A DNA stretch of 62,566 bases, filler included. It is 6 parts of 6 records of this genome, joined end to end, with 100 filler letters (N's around TTAATTAATTAA, not from the genome) between each part and the next. Parts side by side here need not be neighbours in the genome. Positions count along the whole stretch, not along the records: positions 39,735 to 49,740 come from SRR20825019_441; positions 49,841 to 57,362 come from SRR20825019_444; positions 57,463 to 62,566 come from SRR20825019_466; 3 more parts are not named here. One strand, 5' to 3'. Below the pieces are notes generated by a model. The model ran no database searches. It saw only the letters and a list, made by a program, of their open reading frames with translations, and was not told where the DNA came from. Shown one piece after another: positions 48,118-57,613 of the stretch. Each line of letters opens with the position of its first letter. The first letter of the stretch is position 1. The position numbers and the translations under genes are program-made.

Positions 48118-48911
48118 CCCTGCTTTCCTTCAACGACGTCGATCTCTCGTTCAACCGTTATTGTGGCCTGCTGACGGCTCGGGAAATACCGGTCCTCAAC
48201 CGTATCGGCTTTTCGGTGAAACGCGGTGAGGTGGTTGCGCTGATCGGCGCGTCCGGCGGCGGCAAGAGCCTGATTGCCCATGCGCTGTTCGGCATTCTGC
48301 CGCCCAACGCACATGTAAGGGGCGAGATTTGCTTCGATGGAAAGCGCGTCGATGATGGCAGTCGCCCGGCTCTGCTCGGGCGGCGCATGGCACTGGTTCC
48401 GCAATCCGTCAGCCATCTCGATCCGCTGGCGCGCTGCTTTCAGCAATTGCGCTGGGCGGCCCGGCGCGCCGGACTGCGGGTAAATGATGCCGCGCTTATG
48501 GCGTTGCTGGCGCAATTCGGGCTGGAAGCGAAGGCGGCACATGCCTTTCCCCATCAGCTTTCCGGCGGTATGGCGCGGCGTATGCTGATGGCCATCGCAA
48601 CGGTTGGAGACCCGGACCTGATTGTCGCCGACGAGCCGACCAGCGGCCTTGACGACGACAATGCAGCGATCGTTCTTTCAAAACTGAAAAGCCTGGCGGG
48701 GAGCGGCAAGGGGGTGCTGCTGATCACGCATTCGCTTGCCACCGCGCTTGCCTATGCCGACAGCGTATGCCTTGTCCGAAACGGCACGGTGGAGGGCGAG
48801 GAGCGAGCCGAAGCGTTTGAAGGTTGCGGAAAGCTTCTGCGTTCCGGGTATGCGCGGGCACTCTGGCGGGCACTGCCGCAAAACGGTTTTCGGGTGACCG
48901 GCGATGCTTGA
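48114..48911 (+). CDS. Nickel/peptide ABC ATPase (D subunit)
   Basis: GASGGGKS, FPHQLSGGM, ADEPT. Confidence 0.92.
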   Translation: MTLLSFNDVDLSFNRYCGLLTAREIPVLNRIGFSVKRGEVVALIGASGGGKSLIAHALFGILPPNAHVRGEICFDGKRVDDGSRPALLGRRMALVPQSVSHLDPLARCFQQLRWAARRAGLRVNDAALMALLAQFGLEAKAAHAFPHQLSGGMARRMLMAIATVGDPDLIVADEPTSGLDDDNAAIVLSKLKSLAGSGKGVLLITHSLATALAYADSVCLVRNGTVEGEERAEAFEGCGKLLRSGYARALWRALPQNGFRVTGDA

Positions 48912-49491
48912 GGCACAGAATATCTGCTTTCGCTATCGTGCAAAATCCCCGGTTCTCGACGGTGTTGACCTTGCCGTGCGGCCTGGCGAAATCGTCGGAC
49001 TGACAGGCCGGTCCGGGACGGGGAAATCGACACTTGGCCGCATCCTGGCAGGTCATTACCGGCCGGTTGCTGGAACGGTTCTCGTCGATGGCGCCGCCCA
49101 TCCGCAGGGCTTCAATCCGGTTCAGTACCTTCACCAGTCGCCGGTGTTTGCCGTTGATCCGCGCTGGACGGTTGGAAAGATCATCGCAGAGGCCTGGCAG
49201 CCCGATGAGGCGCTCAGGCAGGCGCTCGGCGTTTCGCCCACATGGTTTGATCGCTATCCGCACGAGATTTCGGGTGGTGAATTGCAGCGTGTCGCCCTTT
49301 TGCGAGCCTTCGCCCCGCAAACCCGGTATCTGATCGCTGACGAGATTTCCGCGCAACTCGATCCCCTGACCCAGGCACAGATCTGGTCCGTACTGCTTGA
49401 GCAGGCCGAAAGCCGCCGTCTTGGCGTCCTCGTCATCAGCCATGATATGCCGCTGCTTGGCCGGATTGCAAAACGCATCGTCACCCTGTGA
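48904..49491 (+). CDS. Nickel/peptide ABC ATPase (E subunit)
   Basis: GRSGTGKST, YPHEISGGELQR, ISHD. Confidence 0.92.
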   Translation: MLEAQNICFRYRAKSPVLDGVDLAVRPGEIVGLTGRSGTGKSTLGRILAGHYRPVAGTVLVDGAAHPQGFNPVQYLHQSPVFAVDPRWTVGKIIAEAWQPDEALRQALGVSPTWFDRYPHEISGGELQRVALLRAFAPQTRYLIADEISAQLDPLTQAQIWSVLLEQAESRRLGVLVISHDMPLLGRIAKRIVTL

Positions 49492-49652
49492 CGGCGGGAC
49501 TGCGGGATTTGTGAAGAATGTCATCGCTTTTCCCCACGCCCTGCCCTCGCCTTCGGAATCAGCGCCACCTGTTCTAGCGCATCGTGCTTTCCGAAAATCG
49601 GGGGCGTAATTTCGTTCACTCGGCACCTGAACGGCAATGACAAAAATGATGA

Positions 49653-49677
49653 TTGACGTTTTTATTACCAACTGGTA
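49653..49677 (+). promoter_or_regulatory. Promoter -35 with palindromic operator
   Basis: TTGACG at 49653-49658; TACCA-AC-TGGTA at 49666-49677. Confidence 0.5.
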
Positions 49678-49706
49678 GGTAACGAGTGAGGACAGGGAGG
49701 ATTTCT

Positions 49707-49740
49707 ATGACTGATACCAATCGTATCGGGATCATCATGC
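49707..49740 (+). CDS. Gene start, possibly Gfo/Idh/MocA oxidoreductase
   Basis: GGAGG RBS, MTDTNRIGIIM; only 11 codons visible. Confidence 0.4.
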
Positions 49741-49840
49741 NNNNNNNNNNNNNNNNNNNNNNNNNNNNNNNNNNNNNNNNNNNNTTAATTAATTAANNNN
49801 NNNNNNNNNNNNNNNNNNNNNNNNNNNNNNNNNNNNNNNN
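49741..49840. other. Artificial contig spacer
   Basis: N44-TTAATTAATTAA-N44. Confidence 0.99.
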
Positions 49841-50971
49841 ACCCATACTCGCGACCAGCCTACCCCCGCCCCACGCGGCCCACGCCTCGCAACCATTGGT
49901 CGCCGCCATGAACGTGCTGAACTGCGTGGCCCCCAATCGCGGATCCGTTAAATCCATAAACAGCGCATACGACGACGCGGTAAAAAGTCCGATCGCCACA
50001 TAAACGAGAACCATCAGTCCCATCAAAATCATGGACGGCGCCCCCACCAGATAGGCTACGCCCACGGAGATCACCAGCACCGAGAGCAGCAGCAGGAAAC
50101 GTCCCACCATTCGCCGCCGTTCACCCCGATCGGCCAATTTTCCGCCTAACAATCCACCCATCAACATCGCCAGCACCACGGGCAGCGCGAAGAACACCCC
50201 GGTCGTATCCACACTTACTCCCGCATCCACCAGGAATGGTCCGGCCAGCGCGCCCAGGGCTTCAAAACCCGCGCCCGCTATCAGCGCGAATCCCAATCCC
50301 ATCCAGGTGTTGCGCAGTCCAACCACCCGACGCAGCGACTGGGTGAATTGCAACCAGGCTGAATCGCCGGACAAGTTGGCTTCTTCATCAAAAGAGGATT
50401 TCCAGAGAAAGATCACCGAACACCAGATCGCCAATAACAGCGCCCCAAGCACCGCATGCCAACCGAAGTGGCTCGCCAACAAAATCGCCCCGCCCCCAAA
50501 CAAACTCCGCCCCAATAACATCCCCGCCTGCATGGCACCGTTCAACCAGCCGCGTTGCTGTGGATCTGTCGTCGTCACCGCCAGCGCATCAATCGCGACA
50601 TCCTGTGTTGCCGCAAAAAACGCATGTAACAGCAGCAGCGCGATCCAAACATTCAAATGTTCCGTCGGCTCCAACCACAACAGCGGCACGAGGCAGGCCC
50701 CCATCGCCATCTGCGCCGTGATCGCCCAATGGCGAAAACCCCAGCTGACACTCCGCAATGCATCGACCAGAGGAGCCCACAGGAATTTCCCCGTCCACGG
50801 TAAGACCAACAACGCCGTCAACATCGTGATCCGTTCAACCGCCACTCCCTCGGCCCGCAACAACGTGGGCAGTGCCCACCATAGAAATCCAATCGGGGCC
50901 CCTTCACTAAAATACAACAGCGCAAACAGAGCGATCTTGCGATTGGAAGAGTGTGACGAGCCAGCAGTCAC
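49841..50971 (-). CDS. AmpG-like MFS transporter, 3' end cut by contig edge
   Basis: LYFSEGAP, PWTGKFLWAPLVD, AATQDVAIDA, ATQFS. Confidence 0.9.
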
Positions 50972-51012
50972 CGGAGAATCAAAGGTGAAGAAAAAAACAA
51001 GGGATCAACACC

Positions 51013-53226
51013 CTAAGGGTTACCGGCGGGCAGCTGCAATTGGCTTTTGATTTGGTAACTGCGTTCTCGGGCCGCACGCGTGCCGGCCGGGCCCGCTTCT
51101 CTTTCGAGCATGGTTTGGTTCTTCTGCGCATCAGCGTCGCCGGTTTCAGCCGCGAGCATAAACCACGCAAGCCCTTCGATCAGATCGCGGGGCACCCCCT
51201 CGCCGGTGAAATAGCTCACCCCGAGCATGAACTGCGCATCCACCTGACCCTGCATCGCCGCGCGACGATACCACTCCACCGCGGTCGCCGGGTCTTTATT
51301 CACCCCTGCGCCATGGGCGTAAAGCCGGGCGAGTTGGTATTGCGCCGGAGGCCATCCCTGTTCCGCAGCGAGGCCAAACCAGCGCAACGCCTCACCCGAA
51401 TCACCCTGCCCGCCTGCATGGTTCGAGTAGAACACGCCGAGTTGATATTGGGCGGGAGGGAAGTTCTGTTCGGCCGCGAGCAGAAACCATCGTTTCGCTT
51501 CGGCAGCGCTCTGCGGCACGTCGCGCCCGACGAGATAGAGCGTGCCCAGAAACGTTTGCGCCCCGGGATTGCCTTGCGCGGCTTGCACTTGAGCGGCTTC
51601 GAGCGCGCTACCCACCCGATGCACACGGCCTTCGGGATCGCGGTAGAGCATCGGCGAATAATCTTCTAGGTAACGCTTGGTCCAAAAATTGCCTGTTTCC
51701 CGGTAAGTCGAATAATCGTTGTAGGAGAGTTGATAGCGCCGCATGCGAATCATCGTCGCCGGACGATTTTTAAACGGATCGTCCTCGAACAAGTCCAGGA
51801 TGAGCGGATTGCGCTCCAACAAATTCAGACCGATGATCGGCACAGTGGGCGAACCTTCGTTGACCGATCCGATCAACTGGAGTGAAGCCTCAAAACGCAA
51901 AAAACGTGGCGCGATAAACGGCACGATGTCATCGGTGTCCTGAGGTAGATACGGATAGCGATAAGGTTCCCAAGTCACGCCGCCATCGTTCGATCCGGTA
52001 AACTCCACGCCGTAACGCTCCTTAAGAAACGTCGCGTAAACCGTGTAAGGATTGATACTCCGGAAATCGAGAAAGCTGTAACGCAGCGGACGCGAACTCG
52101 TGTCGGAAAAATCCACCGCGCCAATCGAAAGATAAATAAAGTAGGCGTAGATCGAGAGGCCGAAATGCGTCCAGAGCGCGCCGCGCAAAAGACGACGCGG
52201 CCAGCGTTTCCCGGGAGCAGGTGGACGGTAGGTTGCCGTCGCGGCAATCCTCTCGCGAATACGATGCAGACGCAGACGTTTCGCCAGACTCATGAGCATC
52301 TGATCATCGAAGAGGACCAGCGCCAAACCAATCGCGGCCGTGTTCAGCCAGCCGTAATTTGCGGAGATCTGAATCCCGCCCTGCAACATCAGCCACGCCA
52401 CAAATGCGATCCAGCGGCCCTTGCGGCCGGCAAACACCATAATGATCGGCGCCGCCAATTCCGCCACAAAGGTCAACAGCACACCGAAGACATGATAGAC
52501 CTGCGGCATCTGGTGATTGAGAAATCCGATGATCGTCGGAAACGGCGCCGTCTCATACATCGCATTCATCGCCGTGAAATTCCTCCAGGCCGGTTCACCG
52601 GAAAGGAGCTTCGTCAGTCCCGACTCGATCATCACGCGAAACAACATGAATCGCACCATGAACAACGCGATCGGCAGCGGCGGCGAATGCCCCCCCAGTC
52701 CCGGCCGCAGCCCTTTCGGCGCATACGGAATGCAGAGCAGCACAACCTCAATCGCCAATTGATCGGTATGGGTGCCGGCGAAGACGTTGAGCACCGCCAC
52801 AAACGAAAGAAAAACGAGCCAGCAAATAAACAGCGACATTCGCGGCCACAGATTCAAAACAACCGCAACGGCCGCCGCGAAACCCAGCCACCCCAAAGCG
52901 GTGATCATCCCCGCACCTGAGCTGAACCAAAACAAACTCGGCGCTCGGAAAAATGCGGTCAGTCCGTTGGGAAACGTGTCACGCAGATGATCCAGCAATG
53001 ATGACACCGGCACCAAACCGTCGGGACCAATCAAGGCCTGGCCTTCGGCAATCAGTCCGCCGAACACGAACAGGTAAACAATACCCACCGCTCGAATCAC
53101 GAGCCAACGCGGCCAGAGATAGGTCGCCTCGCCCCCCAGGCCCGCGAAGTCCTTCACGCGACTCCACGATCCTCTGGCGATCCGTTTGGGCCAATTTTCC
53201 TGCACTGCTGCTTGAGAGTCCGACAT
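51013..53226 (-). CDS. Lipase maturation factor (LMF1-like) membrane protein with four C-terminal Sel1 repeats
   Basis: LIGPDGLVP, APSLFW, FRVMIESGLTK, YETAPFPT, ISANYGWLN, GSNDGG.TW; four AQ..LG..Y..G.GV..D...A..W...AA.QG-type repeats. Confidence 0.88.
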   Translation of the reverse strand: MSDSQAAVQENWPKRIARGSWSRVKDFAGLGGEATYLWPRWLVIRAVGIVYLFVFGGLIAEGQALIGPDGLVPVSSLLDHLRDTFPNGLTAFFRAPSLFWFSSGAGMITALGWLGFAAAVAVVLNLWPRMSLFICWLVFLSFVAVLNVFAGTHTDQLAIEVVLLCIPYAPKGLRPGLGGHSPPLPIALFMVRFMLFRVMIESGLTKLLSGEPAWRNFTAMNAMYETAPFPTIIGFLNHQMPQVYHVFGVLLTFVAELAAPIIMVFAGRKGRWIAFVAWLMLQGGIQISANYGWLNTAAIGLALVLFDDQMLMSLAKRLRLHRIRERIAATATYRPPAPGKRWPRRLLRGALWTHFGLSIYAYFIYLSIGAVDFSDTSSRPLRYSFLDFRSINPYTVYATFLKERYGVEFTGSNDGGVTWEPYRYPYLPQDTDDIVPFIAPRFLRFEASLQLIGSVNEGSPTVPIIGLNLLERNPLILDLFEDDPFKNRPATMIRMRRYQLSYNDYSTYRETGNFWTKRYLEDYSPMLYRDPEGRVHRVGSALEAAQVQAAQGNPGAQTFLGTLYLVGRDVPQSAAEAKRWFLLAAEQNFPPAQYQLGVFYSNHAGGQGDSGEALRWFGLAAEQGWPPAQYQLARLYAHGAGVNKDPATAVEWYRRAAMQGQVDAQFMLGVSYFTGEGVPRDLIEGLAWFMLAAETGDADAQKNQTMLEREAGPAGTRAARERSYQIKSQLQLPAGNP

Positions 53227-53285
53227 GCGATCCTATCTATGTGTCCACTTCGACAATGCTGACAATCCTTGGGATGAGCAGCCCC

Positions 53286-56200
53286 TCATGAATCAGCTGT
53301 TTTCGAGAGTTGCAGGCTGATGATTTCGTAGGGCGTGAAATTGATTCGATCCGCGCGCAGTGGCTTGCCCACCGCATCTCCGAGCAGGTTGGTTTTCTGC
53401 GCCTGCCAACCGGGTGCGAGTCGCAGTCGCGCCTGTCCACGCTGGCCGGAAACCTCGTGCAGGCGTAACACCCAACTGCCACGACCGAGCGGTTGCGCCC
53501 AATGCGGGATCAACGTTTCCCCGCCCGTGATGCCTTGCAACGCGCTCGCAATCGGTTTCCCGAGGTAGGCCACGGGAGCGGTAAACAGGGTCTCCGCCAA
53601 GACCGCCGGTTGTTCGTCGCGCGGCGCGGTGAGTTCGTAGGCGCCTATCGCCAACTCGATGGTATGCTTCCCCTGATCCGTATAAATCGTCTCAGGCTTG
53701 GGGAGGCGACTCAGATGCGCTTGATAACATTTTGAATGCTCTTCGTAGCCAACATGAAGAGGACTGCGGAGCAGGGTGAGCCCAAGATCACCATCGCGGC
53801 AACTCACGCCATATTTCGCTTCCGTGGCGATGAACAGGCCTTCGCGTTCACCTTCACTACTGACTGTCGCCCAGCGGCTCATCGGCCATTCCCACATCGC
53901 CTCGACCTGCGGATTGGTGACGAGTTGAGGTCTCAACACACTGCCAAACGGCGTGCCACAACGCACCTCGCGCCCCTGATAGGACGTGGGGAAATGCAGT
54001 TTCAACAACACATCCTTCTCATGCCAATCGAGCTCGACCGTGATGCGTAGCACCGATTCGCCCGGCGCGAGTGAGAATCGCATCGTGGCCGTGCTCGCGC
54101 GACCGATCTTACGGGTCACGAGAATCGCATCGCTTTCGGTCGTGATCGTCGCGCGACCCCGCGCCGGTTTGCCGAGGGCCAACGCACTGCGATCAAAATC
54201 CCAGGGCCCAAAGCTCGCCGGTTGATCCGGATAAAGCACGAGTTCGCCCGCGCCCTTTTCCAAGGCGATTTCACGATCATCAACTCGCAGACTGGCCAAT
54301 CCGCCCTGCGCATTGAGCTGCGCCACAACCCGCCCATTGGAAAGACGACGCCCTTTCACGACCACCGGCGCCACCTCGATGGCAATCGCTTCACTCACCA
54401 TCACGCCCGAAAGCGGTGGAAGCTCGATTAACTTGCGGCCCGCCATCACCCGTCGCGCCAACGGCAACGGATTGAAAATACCGCGCTGGCCGGATTTCGC
54501 CGCAAGTGAAGCCGTCGCAGCCTTCGTCTGCTCTTTCCCGAGCGAAGCGAGCTCCGGCAACCCTTCCACGTAAACTTCCGGGATCGAACTCCCGGGGATA
54601 TAATCGTGGAACTGGGCAAACACCATCCGACGCCACGCGTGATCGAGGCTCGCATCCGGAGCGCGATCGCTGGCAACCAGCACCGCCTCTCGTAGTTGCA
54701 ACGCCTGCTCCAGCGCGCGGAACTTTGCTTTCACCTCGCTCTGCGTCGTGAAGGTGCCGCGATGGTATTCGAGATAGATTTCGCCATCGAGCGCGGGGAG
54801 TTGGGTGCGCTTTTTTGCGAGCCGATCAAAGAACGCCTCAGGTTGATCCCATTTGAGATCCGGCAATCCGCGCAGTGACGACAGACGTCGCGCGCGTTCG
54901 CACATTTCTTCAGTCGGACCACCGCCCCCGTCCCCCCAACCATTCGGCATCAAAAACTCATCATGAAGATCACCCTGCTGATTCTGATGCGAAGCGGCGC
55001 GCAGTTGTTCGACCGACACCGTATTATTAAACTGCACACCCTGCGTCACGTGGCTCACCACACTGTGTCCACCCGGGCCACGCCAGTTGAAGCTCGAATG
55101 TGGAAAGCGATTCACCGTATTCCATGTCGTCTTGGTCGTGAAAAAATAATCCACGCCACTGAGTTTCATCAATTGCGGCAAGCAGGCGCTGAATCCAAAC
55201 AGGTCGGGCAGCCAGAGAATCTTCGATCGGCGCCCTGTGAGTTTCTGAAATCCCTCCTGTCCAATCATGAAACTGCGAGCGAGCCCTTCGCCACAGGCGA
55301 CATGGGAATCACTCTCCACATACATCCCGCCGGTGGCTTCCCACTGCCCGGACTGGAGCCGTTTCTTCACCTCACGCATGAGCTCCGGTGAACGTTTCGC
55401 CACCGCTTCATAGCTCGCCGGTTGCGAATACGCGAAACGATATTCCGGATAGCTCTCCATCAGCCGGTTCGCATTGGCGAAGGTATGCACCGCCTTGCCC
55501 TCTCCCACTTGCTCGGTCCAGAGCCACACCAGATCCAAATGTGAATGCCCCGTCAGCGCCGCCCGAGACAATGGGGCGGAATCACGCATGATCCTATAAA
55601 CTTTCGCCAGCTCACGCCGCAGCGCGGTGAGTCCCTTCGTATCAAAAGCATCGATCGCGAGCTCGAGCTCACGAAGTAAACGCCGAAATAACGGCGACAC
55701 ATTCGTTAGAGGCGGCTGCTGAGTCTGGTCGAATAGTTCCGACTTTTCGCCGGGAAATTCCTTCGAGCGAAGTTCCAACATCCATTCGTAGAGACAGTTT
55801 AAATCGTGATACGCCCCCCAGGCATCGTCGTCGCGATACTGGATGTTCGTTCCCTTGAAACGACAGCCCTGATCAGAAAGACCGAGCGCATCCGGATGCC
55901 AAATCGCCGCCTGCACACAGAGACTCTCCATCCACACCTCTTGCACACCGTCCGGAATCTCGCAGACGCGATGGGCAACATCAAAACCGTAATACGGAAC
56001 GCCTTTCACATAAAGAGTTGCCTCGCCTTCCTCGTCCCACCGCAGCCAACGCCCTTTCTCCGCAGGCAGGGTCACGCGACACCAGCGTTGATCATAAAGT
56101 CGCCCCCAGCATTCACCCGGTTTCACCGTCGCCCGCTGACGCTTTTTCGCCTCCGCCAAACCTAAATGTTGGGCGGTCGGCTTCGTCGCTTCTACGCGAG

Positions 56201-56297
56201 GTTCCCCACCTGTGATCCAGATCTTTTCACGCAGTCGGGCCACTGCACGACGGACACGGAGAGGGGTAAGTTGAAGGAGAGGAGAAACCGGAAGCAT
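53286..56297 (-). CDS. GH38 alpha-mannosidase (Ams1/MngB-like)
   Basis: GHSHLD..W.W (Zn), GGMYVESD, WLPDLFG (nucleophile), GWGDGGGGPT, GEIYLEYHRGTFT, QFHD.IPGSSI. Confidence 0.95.
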   Translation of the reverse strand: MLPVSPLLQLTPLRVRRAVARLREKIWITGGEPRVEATKPTAQHLGLAEAKKRQRATVKPGECWGRLYDQRWCRVTLPAEKGRWLRWDEEGEATLYVKGVPYYGFDVAHRVCEIPDGVQEVWMESLCVQAAIWHPDALGLSDQGCRFKGTNIQYRDDDAWGAYHDLNCLYEWMLELRSKEFPGEKSELFDQTQQPPLTNVSPLFRRLLRELELAIDAFDTKGLTALRRELAKVYRIMRDSAPLSRAALTGHSHLDLVWLWTEQVGEGKAVHTFANANRLMESYPEYRFAYSQPASYEAVAKRSPELMREVKKRLQSGQWEATGGMYVESDSHVACGEGLARSFMIGQEGFQKLTGRRSKILWLPDLFGFSACLPQLMKLSGVDYFFTTKTTWNTVNRFPHSSFNWRGPGGHSVVSHVTQGVQFNNTVSVEQLRAASHQNQQGDLHDEFLMPNGWGDGGGGPTEEMCERARRLSSLRGLPDLKWDQPEAFFDRLAKKRTQLPALDGEIYLEYHRGTFTTQSEVKAKFRALEQALQLREAVLVASDRAPDASLDHAWRRMVFAQFHDYIPGSSIPEVYVEGLPELASLGKEQTKAATASLAAKSGQRGIFNPLPLARRVMAGRKLIELPPLSGVMVSEAIAIEVAPVVVKGRRLSNGRVVAQLNAQGGLASLRVDDREIALEKGAGELVLYPDQPASFGPWDFDRSALALGKPARGRATITTESDAILVTRKIGRASTATMRFSLAPGESVLRITVELDWHEKDVLLKLHFPTSYQGREVRCGTPFGSVLRPQLVTNPQVEAMWEWPMSRWATVSSEGEREGLFIATEAKYGVSCRDGDLGLTLLRSPLHVGYEEHSKCYQAHLSRLPKPETIYTDQGKHTIELAIGAYELTAPRDEQPAVLAETLFTAPVAYLGKPIASALQGITGGETLIPHWAQPLGRGSWVLRLHEVSGQRGQARLRLAPGWQAQKTNLLGDAVGKPLRADRINFTPYEIISLQLSKTADS

Positions 56298-56530
56298 CCC
56301 CCCATCAATTCACATCCGTTCAGCTGATCGCAATCACATAGAACACATATCCCGATTGGGACGTGAGAAGAGCCGCAACCAATCCCTCTACCCAAATTTA
56401 ATGATATTCACCCTTTTCGCGTAACAAAAATTTATCCGACGCGTCACAGCCTTCCAAGACCCAAGAGCCCGCATTGTGCATGCTTACCAAAACTCACCCA
56501 CCTTTCCCACTCACTTGCAATTCCTCCAAG

Positions 56531-57202
56531 ATGATTTCTGAGCGCTGTCGCATTATCATAGCCAAGTCCGATCAAACTTATGCCGAATCTCTCGATTCAA
56601 TCTGTGCACGAGTTTTTCCCGATGCCTATATTCAACTATTCACCAAAGGATCGGATGTTCTCGCGATTCTGCAGGAGACCCGAGTTCAATACATTATCTT
56701 GGGACTGAGTTTTCCCGACCAAGATGGCGTCGAATTGCTCCAGAAAATCAGTCAGCAACGGTTGGCCAATCATATAATCGTTGTTGCCGAAAAGCAGGAC
56801 AAACCACTCCTGCCAAGCCTGCATACCATGCGAGTTGATGCCATCATCGATACTTACACAGAATCGATCGTCGGGTTCAAAAATGGTCTCAGAATGGTGA
56901 GCAAGGGTCACGTCTATGTTAGCCCAACTCTGAGGCCCTATCTTGTCGAAAGGCATTCCTCTCAATCTTTGCGACAGCTTCTTACCCCTGGGGAATTGCG
57001 CGTCCTTCGCATTATCGGAAACGGCCGAGACAACTATGAAGCAGCGCAGATCCTTGGATTAAGTGAATCCACCGTGCAAACCCATCGTCGCAGCATCATG
57101 CAAAAATTCAAAGTCTCTACGAGTGCCAAGCTTGTTTATAAAGCACTTAGGCTGGGTTTTGTGCAGATTGAATCCACCGAGACATCCATGAATCTACTTT
57201 AA
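56531..57202 (+). CDS. NarL/LuxR-family regulator with degenerate receiver domain
   Basis: LTPGELRVL..IGNG..N.EAAQILGLSESTVQTHR HTH; receiver reads IIAKSD and IILGLSFPDQDG. Confidence 0.88.
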   Translation: MISERCRIIIAKSDQTYAESLDSICARVFPDAYIQLFTKGSDVLAILQETRVQYIILGLSFPDQDGVELLQKISQQRLANHIIVVAEKQDKPLLPSLHTMRVDAIIDTYTESIVGFKNGLRMVSKGHVYVSPTLRPYLVERHSSQSLRQLLTPGELRVLRIIGNGRDNYEAAQILGLSESTVQTHRRSIMQKFKVSTSAKLVYKALRLGFVQIESTETSMNLL

Positions 57203-57362
57203 TTCAATTAGCCCCGATACGGAATTTAATTACAAAATATTAAGTATATAAAATCAGTATCATTATTAATATACTATTATATAGTTAGCGACTATCATTT
57301 TACCCGGATCACTTTCTCTGCGTCTGCCCCATCCCGACTTTTAGACCTATCCAAGCGGTCTC

Positions 57363-57462
57363 NNNNNNNNNNNNNNNNNNNNNNNNNNNNNNNNNNNNNN
57401 NNNNNNTTAATTAATTAANNNNNNNNNNNNNNNNNNNNNNNNNNNNNNNNNNNNNNNNNNNN
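57363..57462. other. Artificial contig spacer
   Basis: N44-TTAATTAATTAA-N44. Confidence 0.99.
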
Positions 57463-57592
57463 GGAACTCCATCTTACTAATCCCTCCGGCCGTGTGTATC
57501 ATTTACATTTATTTACATGTGTACATGTGGTATGATGTGTGTACTTCTCCCTTTGATGCTTAATCGTGTGATTTATATATGTTTGTGCCCAA

Positions 57593-57607
57593 TTTACTTT
57601 CCCTTAG
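57593..57607 (+). promoter_or_regulatory. Polypyrimidine tract plus AG, candidate (trans-)splice acceptor
   Basis: TTTACTTTCCCTTAG ending 6 nt before the ATG; no Shine-Dalgarno. Confidence 0.6.
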
Positions 57608-57613
57608 TTCGAA

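Noticed and set aside
32724-49491. Joint nickel regulon linking the Ni/Co transporter and the NikR-controlled ABC system
   Set aside because: They lie on different contigs separated by a spacer; linkage cannot be inferred
48724-49671. 315-aa minus ORF
   Set aside because: Antisense shadow of the ABC ATPase genes
12010-57462. Recurrent TTAATTAATTAA flanked by Ns as a biological repeat, CRISPR or CtrA site
   Set aside because: Identical 100-bp synthetic spacer with six-frame stops; assembly artefact
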